Positions 23,895-31,521 of a stretch of DNA of 33,372 nt are shown here, in pieces. The stretch is from NCBI GenBank assembly GCA_012961745.1, contig DTYT01000041.1, forward strand, positions 1 to 33,372, read 5' to 3'. Both the position numbers and the translations under genes were made by a program. Every line of letters begins with the position of its first letter. Position 1 is the first letter of the stretch. Under the pieces are notes generated by a model, which ran no database searches, was not told the origin of the DNA, and worked only from the letters and a program-made list of their open reading frames with translations. This DNA is from Kiritimatiellia bacterium (GTDB lineage Bacteria > Verrucomicrobiota > Kiritimatiellia > B70-G9).

Positions 23895-24619
23895 GAGGCC
23901 CCGACCACTTCCACGAAGTACTGCTCCAGACGTTTACCCGCGGGCATCAGTTCCTCAATGCGGCCTTCTGCCACCACCCTGCCAGCGGTGAGTATCACCA
24001 CCCGATCAGAAACCAGCTCCACCTCCGACAACTCATGAGAAGAGAAGAACACCGTCTTTCCTCGGGTTCTCAGATCCCCGATCATGCGCCTGATCTCCAG
24101 GCGGCCCAGCGGATCGAGCCCGCTGGTCGGCTCGTCAAGGATCACCAGATCCGGATCGTTGATCAGCGCCTGCCCTATTCCTATCCGCTGGAGCATACCT
24201 CGGGAATATGAAGCTATCTTGCGGTCCGCCGCCTCCCCCAAGCCGGTGAATTCAAGCATGCGTTCTACCGCATCACGCAAGGAACTACCTTTTAGCCCAA
24301 AGAGCCGGCCGGAGTAGGTCAGCAGTTCCCTGCCGGTCAGAAAGCGGTAGAGCTGCGGATGCTCCGGCAGGTATCCTATCCTCTGGCGTGCAATGGACTG
24401 CCGTACATCCCTATCGAACACCCGGGCCTCGCCTCGAGTGGGCTCAATGAATCCCAATAGCACATGGATAACGGTGGTCTTTCCCGCACCGTTGGGGCCC
24501 AGGAACCCGACCACTTCATTCTCCTCAACGGACAAATCCACCCCCCGCACGGCATGTACCGCTCGGCGGCGCCAAGCGCGGAAGATCACCTCCAGCCCCT
24601 TTATTTCCAAGGCCTTCAT
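23867..24619 (-). CDS. ABC transporter ATP-binding protein
   Basis: Walker A GFLGPNGAGKTTVIHVLLG. Q-loop IGYLPE. Signature YSRGMLQRIGIGQAL. Walker B LVILDEPTSGLDP. H-loop FFSSHEL. The true ATG at 24619 gives MKALEIKGLEV. The ORF-track start at 24766 runs into argH and is not supported. Confidence 0.9.
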   Translation of the reverse strand: MKALEIKGLEVIFRAWRRRAVHAVRGVDLSVEENEVVGFLGPNGAGKTTVIHVLLGFIEPTRGEARVFDRDVRQSIARQRIGYLPEHPQLYRFLTGRELLTYSGRLFGLKGSSLRDAVERMLEFTGLGEAADRKIASYSRGMLQRIGIGQALINDPDLVILDEPTSGLDPLGRLEIRRMIGDLRTRGKTVFFSSHELSEVELVSDRVVILTAGRVVAEGRIEELMPAGKRLEQYFVEVVGASWAREAAGS

Positions 24620-24659
24620 CTGTCCTGTTCGGAACGGACCACAACGCCTTCCCGCTTGT

Positions 24660-26051
24660 TCATTCGGGAAGCCCAGGATACCCCACACCCAGAAGACTCG
24701 AAATTGCGGCGTGAAACCGGCGGTGCTGCGTGTCAGCCCATTTTTCAAGTGCACGGACCCTGTCACGCAGTTTCTTCAGATCAGGGTTCCCCGGTGCCCC
24801 CCGGGACCTCCGCCGCTTGACCGACTCCCGCACATCCGTTCCTCCCAGTTGCGCCAGTCTTGCTTTCACCGACCGGTAGGCATCCCGGAAGGGAATCCCT
24901 TCCACCGCTAGATCCGCAGCCGCGTCAGCCGCAAACACCGTGGGATCAAACGCATCCTCCATCGCCTTGGTGTCCAGCCTCATTTCATCGATCACCAGCC
25001 TCATGATGTGTAGGCTGGCTTCAACCGTCCGGAGCGAATCCATCAGCAGGGGCTTGATCTCCTGCAGATCCCGCTGGTATCCCGAGGGCAACCCGCGCAC
25101 AATCTCAGCCGCCGCCTGGCCTGCAGCCAGCACCACCGCCGAGCGGGCACGTACCAGCTCCAGGACATCCGGGTTGTGCTTCTGAGGCATGATACTGCTG
25201 CCGGTACACAAGTCCTCCGGGAGAACCACGTAGCCGAATTCCGGTGCCGCGAAGATGATCAGATCCGTCGCCAGTCCTGACAAAGTAAGCATCGTCCTTC
25301 CCAATGCCGAGATAAGTCTCGCTTCAAGCTTGGCTCTGCCGGTCACCGCGTACGTCACGTTCACTACCGGTCCGCGGAATCCCAGAATTTCGGCCTCATA
25401 GTCGCGGTCTATCGGCAGGGGAACCCCGTATCCGGCGCCAGCTCCCAGCGGACAACGGTCAGCAGCCCGGTAGATGTCGGTAAGCTCCTGGGCATCGTCC
25501 AGCAGGCCCTCAGAAAACGACGCCAGCCACACCGCGACGGTTGACGGCATGGCACGCTGCATGTGAGTCCTCCCCACCATCGGTGTCGTACGGTATCGCG
25601 ATGCCGAACCAAGCAGGCTTCCGACAGTTGCGTTCAACTGCCGGACCACCTCTGGAATCCGGTCCTTGATATACAATCGCAGAGCAACCGCCACTTGGTC
25701 ATTTCGACTCCGACCGAGATGAACCTTGCGCCCGACTTCACCCAGGCGCGCACTCAGCTCCCTCTCCACTGCGAGATGCACGTCCTGATCGCTGCGTCGT
25801 ATCCGGAACGTCCCCCGGCGGGACCGTCGCATGAGGCACACCAGCTCACTGATGAGCCGCTTTTCCTCCGCGGGCGTAAATACAGGACCGGGCGACCTCA
25901 GGCGAGCCAGGGCCCGCACGTGAGCGGCCGTGCCGATACAATCATATTCCAGCAGCTCCCGGTCGCAGAGAAGGTCTTCGGCCGCGGTATACTCCAGAAC
26001 CCTCTGGGAAACGTTTCCTACCAGTGTGGTGCGGCGGCGTCTCCGGCTCAT
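24660..26051 (-). CDS. argH: Argininosuccinate lyase
   Basis: Fumarate-lyase superfamily signatures with ArgH-type context: HLGRSRNDQVAVALRLY, GRTHMQRAMPSTV and GSSIMPQKHNPDVLELVR. Length is about 463 aa. The N-terminus (MSRRRRRTTLVGNV) lacks the usual LWGGRF opening. Confidence 0.85.
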   Translation of the reverse strand: MSRRRRRTTLVGNVSQRVLEYTAAEDLLCDRELLEYDCIGTAAHVRALARLRSPGPVFTPAEEKRLISELVCLMRRSRRGTFRIRRSDQDVHLAVERELSARLGEVGRKVHLGRSRNDQVAVALRLYIKDRIPEVVRQLNATVGSLLGSASRYRTTPMVGRTHMQRAMPSTVAVWLASFSEGLLDDAQELTDIYRAADRCPLGAGAGYGVPLPIDRDYEAEILGFRGPVVNVTYAVTGRAKLEARLISALGRTMLTLSGLATDLIIFAAPEFGYVVLPEDLCTGSSIMPQKHNPDVLELVRARSAVVLAAGQAAAEIVRGLPSGYQRDLQEIKPLLMDSLRTVEASLHIMRLVIDEMRLDTKAMEDAFDPTVFAADAAADLAVEGIPFRDAYRSVKARLAQLGGTDVRESVKRRRSRGAPGNPDLKKLRDRVRALEKWADTQHRRFHAAISSLLGVGYPGLPE

Positions 26052-26181
26052 TTCATGAGACTCCCGGTGCCCGGGGCAAAGAAAAAAATCGCATGTTCAG
26101 TGTTTATCTCCTGGGGGACGCCAAGTCAAGCGGCATGCCTTGGAGTGCATTGCGGGAATCCACTATCCGGCGCTCCCGGTC

Positions 26182-27489
26182 TCAGGAGCCGTCCGATTTC
26201 GAGGTCGACCCGGGACCAGTTGCTGCCATTTCATCCGCATAGGCCATGATTCTTTTCAGCGCTTCGGGCGAGAATTCCGCATGATCGAGAAACCTTTGGA
26301 TAATGCGGTTCATCCTCTGGGCTTCGCGGACCACTTGACTGTAAAGGACACTGCGGTTCTGCCGGAGCAGGAGCCGGCTGTGTTCGTCACCGGAGTCGGC
26401 GCTTCTCTCCAGACGGTCGAGCAGCTCAAGGGACCCGGCCACTGCCGTCAGAGGATTACGGATCTCGTGTGCGATCTCCGTGGCCATCTCGGCGGCTGCC
26501 TGAATCCGCTCTGCCATGCGGGCCTTGGTCTGCAGGTCAAGTAGCCGGGTGACGTCGGAAAACACGATCAGGTACCCGGAGGGCGAGTCTCCACAGCCTC
26601 CGTTGAGAACCCTGTAGATCTCCGATCCCGCAGGGAAACGGATGCGGCTGACCTCGAAGCGCGCATCGAACCGGCTTCCGTCCGTCCGCTTGAATTTCGC
26701 TGGTCGATCGCCTTGCCGCGTTTCGAGCCTGGCGATATCCAGCTCGCCATTCATGAACTCGCGGATATCGTGTCCTAGCAAATCGCCTTCTCCTCCACGT
26801 AACAGCTCGCACGCAGTCGGGTTGACCATGTATATCCTTCCGCGGGTGTCTATCAGGAGGAGGCCCACTCCCACCTTCTGGAAAACGGTATCTATCAGGT
26901 CGCGATATCTTTCGACGCGTGCATCAGCGAAGCGAAGACGACGTGACAGATAGGCACCGGCCATGCCGAAGAAGAGGAATACAAAACCCCGCATGCCCAG
27001 AGTTTCACCAATGGACGCCCAGTCGTAGCTCGGAGAATTTCCGCCGGCGTCGGGCAGCAGTCCGCTGCTTACCAGGACAACTACCAATGCGTACGCAAGA
27101 ATCCCTAAGAGGGATATTTCCAGAGCCATGGTAGGACCGGCGAGTATACCGGAAGAGAGGAACACCAGGGGATATAACATCGCCAGCTCGCTCCGCGGGC
27201 CGCCGGTAAAATAGACCAAGCCCGTCACCAGCAGGATGTCCACCACGCACTGCAAGGGGACCACCTGTCGTCCGCGGCTGACATCCTTGATCCAAAGTGC
27301 GTATGGAATCGTGGCGATGTATCCGAAGGCCACCAGCGCATAGAACGCCACGCTATCCATGTGCATAAAGAACGAAAGCACAACCACCGCCGCCGAAATG
27401 ATCGCCACCCGGATAAACACGACCACCACCAGTTCCCGCCAGCTCAAGATCCTCGGCTGTCCGTCTCCGGTTCTGACGACGGCGTCCAC
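26182..27489 (-). CDS. PilS-like membrane sensor: multi-TM domain, PAS and HisKA/DHp, but no HATPase_c catalytic domain
   Basis: The N-terminal 6-TM-type region includes VDILLVTGLVYFTGGPRSELAMLYPL. PAS-like segment VGLLLIDTRGRIYMVNPTACELL. H-box EMATEIAHEIRNPLTAVAGSLELL. X-region REAQRMNRIIQRFLDHA. The protein ends about 35 aa later with no N/G1/F/G2 boxes. The GTG at 27489 has a GGGGAGGAAAG SD. Confidence 0.8.
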   Translation of the reverse strand: MDAVVRTGDGQPRILSWRELVVVVFIRVAIISAAVVVLSFFMHMDSVAFYALVAFGYIATIPYALWIKDVSRGRQVVPLQCVVDILLVTGLVYFTGGPRSELAMLYPLVFLSSGILAGPTMALEISLLGILAYALVVVLVSSGLLPDAGGNSPSYDWASIGETLGMRGFVFLFFGMAGAYLSRRLRFADARVERYRDLIDTVFQKVGVGLLLIDTRGRIYMVNPTACELLRGGEGDLLGHDIREFMNGELDIARLETRQGDRPAKFKRTDGSRFDARFEVSRIRFPAGSEIYRVLNGGCGDSPSGYLIVFSDVTRLLDLQTKARMAERIQAAAEMATEIAHEIRNPLTAVAGSLELLDRLERSADSGDEHSRLLLRQNRSVLYSQVVREAQRMNRIIQRFLDHAEFSPEALKRIMAYADEMAATGPGSTSKSDGS

Positions 27490-27506
27490 CTTTCCTCCCC
27501 CGGCGG

Positions 27507-28640
27507 TCAGAAAGCGACAATCTCATGCATCTTGAAGATCGGCAGATACATGCACAGCACCACGCCGCCCACCGTCACGCCCAGAAAAACGATGAGCAGC
27601 GGCTCGATCAGCGAAGTCAGCGCCGCCAAAGTCGCCTCAACCTCCGATTCATAAAACTCGGCTATCTTCTGAAGCATCTCGTCCACCTTGCCCGTCTGTT
27701 CGCCGGCCTCCAGCATGTGAATCAGCATGCGGGGATAGTTGGGATCCTGTCCCAGAGTCTTGGACAGAGGCTCACCTCGCTCCACGTCGTCGCGTCCCTT
27801 CATTACCGAGCGCGCCAGCACCCGATTGCCCACTGCGTAGGCCACGATATCCAACGCATGCAAGATCGGCACCCCGCTGCGCATCAGCTGGGCGAAAGTC
27901 GAGGCGAAACGGGCCAATGCAGCCTTCTTGTTGAGTTCGCCGAATACCGGCAATCGGAGCATGAAAGAATCCCACAGATAGGCTCCCGTGTCCGTCCTCT
28001 TGAACTTCCCGAAGCCGATTACGAACATTACCAGCCCGGCCGTCACGGCGAGTGAGTAATGCCGCACCGTGAAGCTGATGTTAACCAGCATCTGCGTGGG
28101 ACCCGGCAGTTTCGCTCCGAAGTCCGCGTAGATCTCCGCGAATCGTGGCACCACGAAAATAATCAATCCCGCGGTGATCATCGAGACCACACCCATCACG
28201 ATTACCGGATAGGTCATCGCCGAAATCACTTCCCGCCGAAGCTTTGCCCGCTCCTCAAGATACTGCGCCAGCCGCGCTGCGGTTTCCGCCAGTAGACCAC
28301 CGGTTTCCCCTGCCCGCATCATGCTGACGTAGAGCTGGTCGAAAATGTCCGGATAGACTGCCAGCGCCTCGGAAAACGACTTGCCGCCCTCGATCTCGGT
28401 ACGCACACCCTCGATCACGCTTCTGAAGGTCTTGTTGGTGCTCTGTTCCTCCAGAGCGTGAAGGGTCTTCACCACCGGCATACCCGAACCGAGCATGGCT
28501 GACATCTGCCGGGTGAAAATGGGCAGCTCTTTCAGTCGGATCTTGCGCGCACCCGGCACCCGGCGTCGCCTTGTTCCGGCCTTACCTGCCGCTACGCCAG
28601 ATACCGCCCGGGCCGCCTGCGCCTGTGCCATCGCCGCCAT
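27507..28640 (-). CDS. pilC: Type IV pilus / T2SS platform protein (GspF/PilC family)
   Basis: Two T2SSF-type repeats: FTRQMSAMLGSGMPVVKTLHAL...SFSEALAVYPDIFDQLYVSMMRAGETGG, and FASTFAQLMRSGVPILHALDIV...GEPLSKTLGQDPNYPRMLIHMLEAGEQTGKVDEML. It has three TM segments. The ATG at 28640 has a GAGGAGGAG SD. Confidence 0.9.
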   Translation of the reverse strand: MAAMAQAQAARAVSGVAAGKAGTRRRRVPGARKIRLKELPIFTRQMSAMLGSGMPVVKTLHALEEQSTNKTFRSVIEGVRTEIEGGKSFSEALAVYPDIFDQLYVSMMRAGETGGLLAETAARLAQYLEERAKLRREVISAMTYPVIVMGVVSMITAGLIIFVVPRFAEIYADFGAKLPGPTQMLVNISFTVRHYSLAVTAGLVMFVIGFGKFKRTDTGAYLWDSFMLRLPVFGELNKKAALARFASTFAQLMRSGVPILHALDIVAYAVGNRVLARSVMKGRDDVERGEPLSKTLGQDPNYPRMLIHMLEAGEQTGKVDEMLQKIAEFYESEVEATLAALTSLIEPLLIVFLGVTVGGVVLCMYLPIFKMHEIVAF

Positions 28641-28676
28641 GATCCCTGCTCCTCCTCTTGTCGCTTGATTCTCCGG

Positions 28677-30395
28677 TTAGCCTTCTCCACCGGTCACCCG
28701 CATAGCCTCCTCTATGCTGGTCACCCCTTCCTTGACTCTCTGGAGCCCCGCATTCCTCAAGGTTACCATTCCCTCCTGGATGGCCTTTTCCCGGATCGCT
28801 GCCGAGTCCGCGTTCCGCAGTACCAAGTCGCGAACCGCATCGCTCATCAATAGTATCTCCATCAGTGCGCCACGTCCCTTGAAGCCGACACTGTTGCACT
28901 TCGGACATCCCACCGGTTCATAGAAGGTCGCCCCGGCGAATTCCTCGGGATCCAAACGATTCACCCGGAGTACGTCGACCGGAATTTCCCTCTCCCTCTT
29001 GCATGCCGGGCACAGTTTACGAAACAGGCGCTGCGCCTGTGCCATGATCACCGCCGAGGCGATCATGAAAGGTTCAATGCCCATGTAAAGCATCCGCGCC
29101 ACCGCGCCGGATGCATCATTGGTATGCAGGGTGCTGAGCACGAGGTGTCCGGTGAGCGCGGCCTGGATCGCAATCTGCGCCGTCTCGCTGTCACGGATCT
29201 CGCCCACCATGACGATATCCGGGTCCTGGCGCAGGATCGAACGCAACGCCGAGGCGAATGTCAGACCCACGGAGGCGTGAGTCTGGACTTGGTTGATACC
29301 TGCCAGCTGGTATTCAACCGGGTCCTCAACCGTGATGATGTTCACCCCCGGATGGTTCAATTCTTGCAGACACGAATACAGCGTGGTCGTCTTGCCGCTT
29401 CCCGTCGGACCGGTCACCAGGATCATGCCGTGCGGCTGCTTAATGGCATACATGAGACGCTCGTAAGCCAGCTGGTCCAGCCCCAGTGCCGCCACGTTGG
29501 GTGCCAGCGCCGACTTGTCCAGGATGCGCATGACAATCTTCTCCCCGTGAATGGTGGGCAGAACACTCAGACGAATATCCGCCTCCTTGCCCAGAGCCCG
29601 GATCTTGAAGCGTCCGTCCTGGGGTACCCGGCGCTCCGCAATATCCAGGTTTCCCATGATTTTGATGCGGGAGGTGATCGCTCCTTGAAGCTGCTTGGGC
29701 GGACTAGGGCTTTCGTAGAGAACGCCGTCAACCCGATACCGCAAGCGCAGCGACTTTTCCAACGGTTCAATGTGGATGTCGCTTGCTCGCTTACGGATTC
29801 CCTCCACCAGTATGGAGTTGACGATGCGGATCACCGGGGCGTCCTCGGCCTTCTGCAGCATTTCATCCAGGCTCATATCCTCCTGTTGCTCCTGCCCCAG
29901 TTCAACGTCATCGGCGTCCTCGACATCCTTGAGAATCTCCTCCAGACCTTCGGTGGAGTCCTGGACAAAGCGCTGAAGGTTTTCGGCCACCTGGGTCTCC
30001 GGAGCTACCATGGGCACGATCTGCAGGCCGGTGATCGCGTGGAGCTCATCCACCACCACAACGTCAAAGGGATCGCCCAAGGCGATCATAAGCCGATCCT
30101 TCACCCGCATGATGGGTATGACCATGTGCATGCTCATGGTCTCCGTGGGCAAGATGTTGAGCAGTTCTTCGTCCAGCGAAAAATGGCGCAGGTTTATAGG
30201 CGGCATGTCCAAATATTCGGCAAGGGCGGCGGCCATTTCCTCTGGCTCCACAACCCCCTTCTCCACCAGCCGCTTCTCCAGTCGCTCGCCGGCCGTCGCC
30301 GCCTTCCGGCGCGCCTCTTCAATGTCGTCTGGACTGGCCGCGCCCCGGCGCACCAGGATGTCCAGCAGCCGGTTCTCTGTGCCTACCTTCGCCAT
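28677..30395 (-). CDS. pilB: Type IV pilus assembly ATPase (GspE/PilB family) with an N-terminal MshEN/T2SSE_N region
   Basis: Walker A ILVTGPTGSGKTTTLYS. Asp box NIITVEDPVEY. Walker B PDIVMVGEIRD. His box GHLVLSTLHTNDA. Tetracysteine CPACK...CPKC. T2SSE_N: MPPINLRHFSLDEELLNILPTE...MIALGDPFD. The true ATG at 30395 (MAKVGTENRLLDIL) has an AGGGTAAGAG SD, giving about 572 aa. The ORF-track start at 30617 is not supported. Confidence 0.92.
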   Translation of the reverse strand: MAKVGTENRLLDILVRRGAASPDDIEEARRKAATAGERLEKRLVEKGVVEPEEMAAALAEYLDMPPINLRHFSLDEELLNILPTETMSMHMVIPIMRVKDRLMIALGDPFDVVVVDELHAITGLQIVPMVAPETQVAENLQRFVQDSTEGLEEILKDVEDADDVELGQEQQEDMSLDEMLQKAEDAPVIRIVNSILVEGIRKRASDIHIEPLEKSLRLRYRVDGVLYESPSPPKQLQGAITSRIKIMGNLDIAERRVPQDGRFKIRALGKEADIRLSVLPTIHGEKIVMRILDKSALAPNVAALGLDQLAYERLMYAIKQPHGMILVTGPTGSGKTTTLYSCLQELNHPGVNIITVEDPVEYQLAGINQVQTHASVGLTFASALRSILRQDPDIVMVGEIRDSETAQIAIQAALTGHLVLSTLHTNDASGAVARMLYMGIEPFMIASAVIMAQAQRLFRKLCPACKREREIPVDVLRVNRLDPEEFAGATFYEPVGCPKCNSVGFKGRGALMEILLMSDAVRDLVLRNADSAAIREKAIQEGMVTLRNAGLQRVKEGVTSIEEAMRVTGGEG

Positions 30396-30424
30396 TGCTC
30401 TTACCCTGCGGTTCGGATGAACAA

Positions 30425-30439
30425 GCAGAATCGGTGCCA
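30425..30439 (-). promoter_or_regulatory. Candidate sigma-54 (-24/-12) promoter upstream of pilB
   Basis: The minus strand reads CTGGCAC-CGATT-CTGCT (GG at -24, GC at -12, correct 5-nt spacing), against the consensus TGGCAC-N5-TTGCW. The -12 GC is about 30 nt upstream of the pilB ATG at 30395, which leaves a short leader containing the SD. Pattern only. Confidence 0.45.
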
Positions 30440-30643
30440 GACTACTCCCTCCCCGACGCCGGCATTCGGCCCAAGGCGTATCTGCCTGCAAACGCAACAG
30501 ATAGGTCACAAGGCGTCCCCGGGAACCACGGCTGTATTCTTTGCGGTGCGAAAATACCGGAACAACCGCCCGCCCCGCACGGAATTTTCGTATGCACACT
30601 CGACCGGCAGCCCGCAACCCGCTAAACTAGCGGTATTGACCGG

Positions 30644-31489
30644 ATGGCGATGGTGGCCGGATCTGACCAAAAGCCGGAAAAGGAATCCGAGGTTTGGAAC
30701 GCGATCGCGGCCTTCGAGCAAATCCTCGAAGCCATGCCCGATGACCGCGTGGCTCTCGAGTCTCTGTACGAAGCCTATCTGAAGATCGGGGACCAATCTT
30801 CGGCCCATAAGTACCTTCTGCGCCTCGCGCGGGTGGTAATCAGCGAAAGAGACGAGAAAGCCGCCCAAGAGCTGCTCAGCCGCCTCCAAAACTCGGGACC
30901 CCCAGACAAGGAAAGCGCAGTCCTGATCAAAGAACTTTCGGAACTGGTCAGCAAAAAGGAAGTGCCTCCGGCCCCCCCCCACACCCCAGCCCGGCACAAG
31001 CCGGTGGGTATAACCGCGGAACTCTCTCTCGCCTGGAAACTCCTCGAGGCGGGACATATCCAGCAGGACGAATATGATACAATTGTCAAGGATCTCTCCG
31101 AAAATTCCGCGAAGCATCTGAACACGCCGGTGACCGTCCTCCACGTTCTGGAAGACCGGCAGTTCCGCCACGCCAATAGCATCTTGGCGTTCCTTTCACG
31201 GGATAGCGGATTGCCCGTCATACCTCTCTCCCGTTTCGAAATCCCCCCCGAATGTTTCCGGCTGCTTCCGAACGAAATAATGGAACACCGCGGGGCAATC
31301 GTATTCGACACGATGGGTCGTGACGTTCTTGTGGCGATCCTCAATCCGTACGATGCGGAGCTCCAGCGCGAAGTCGAGGAAGCCACCCAGCGCAAATGCC
31401 ACTTCTTTCTCACCCCCGCAGCCGAATACGATGCCGCGCTCGCTGATATCCGCGCGAAAATAGCAGCCGAGAACGAAGGGAAGAAATAA
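30644..31489 (+). CDS. Stand-alone T2SS-E N-terminal (GspE_N / MshEN-like) domain protein with a helical TPR-like N-terminus and a Pro-rich linker
   Basis: The C-terminal half, AFLSRDSGLPVIPLSRFEIPPECFRLLPNEIMEHRGAIVFDTMGRDVLVAILNPYDAELQREVEEATQRKCHFFLTPAAEYDAAL, aligns by eye with the T2SSE_N segment of the neighbouring PilB (MPPINLRHFSLDEELLNILPTE...RLMIALGDPFD...). It has no ATPase domain. It is divergently transcribed from pilB. Confidence 0.7.
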   Translation: MAMVAGSDQKPEKESEVWNAIAAFEQILEAMPDDRVALESLYEAYLKIGDQSSAHKYLLRLARVVISERDEKAAQELLSRLQNSGPPDKESAVLIKELSELVSKKEVPPAPPHTPARHKPVGITAELSLAWKLLEAGHIQQDEYDTIVKDLSENSAKHLNTPVTVLHVLEDRQFRHANSILAFLSRDSGLPVIPLSRFEIPPECFRLLPNEIMEHRGAIVFDTMGRDVLVAILNPYDAELQREVEEATQRKCHFFLTPAAEYDAALADIRAKIAAENEGKK

Positions 31490-31521
31490 TTCGCCCTGCC
31501 CGCAGCCGCATTCCCGGCCGC

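Noticed and set aside
30527-30546. Plus-strand sigma-54-like sequence cacGGCTGtattctTTGCgg upstream of the T2SSE_N-domain gene
   Set aside because: The GG-to-GC spacing is one nucleotide too long, and the -24 element is CGGCTG, not TGGCAC. Sigma-54 is intolerant of spacing changes.
30619-30633. Palindrome CCGCTA-AAC-TAGCGG 11 nt before the ATG at 30644, and a direct 8-mer CAAGGCGT at 30472 and 30509
   Set aside because: Both are short enough to arise by chance in a 250-nt region. There is no independent support for an operator or UAS role.
29124-30782. 552-aa plus-strand ORF opposite pilB
   Set aside because: It is antisense to a gene with a complete GspE/PilB motif set. The translation is low-complexity (Q/H/R/L-rich) with no domain signature.
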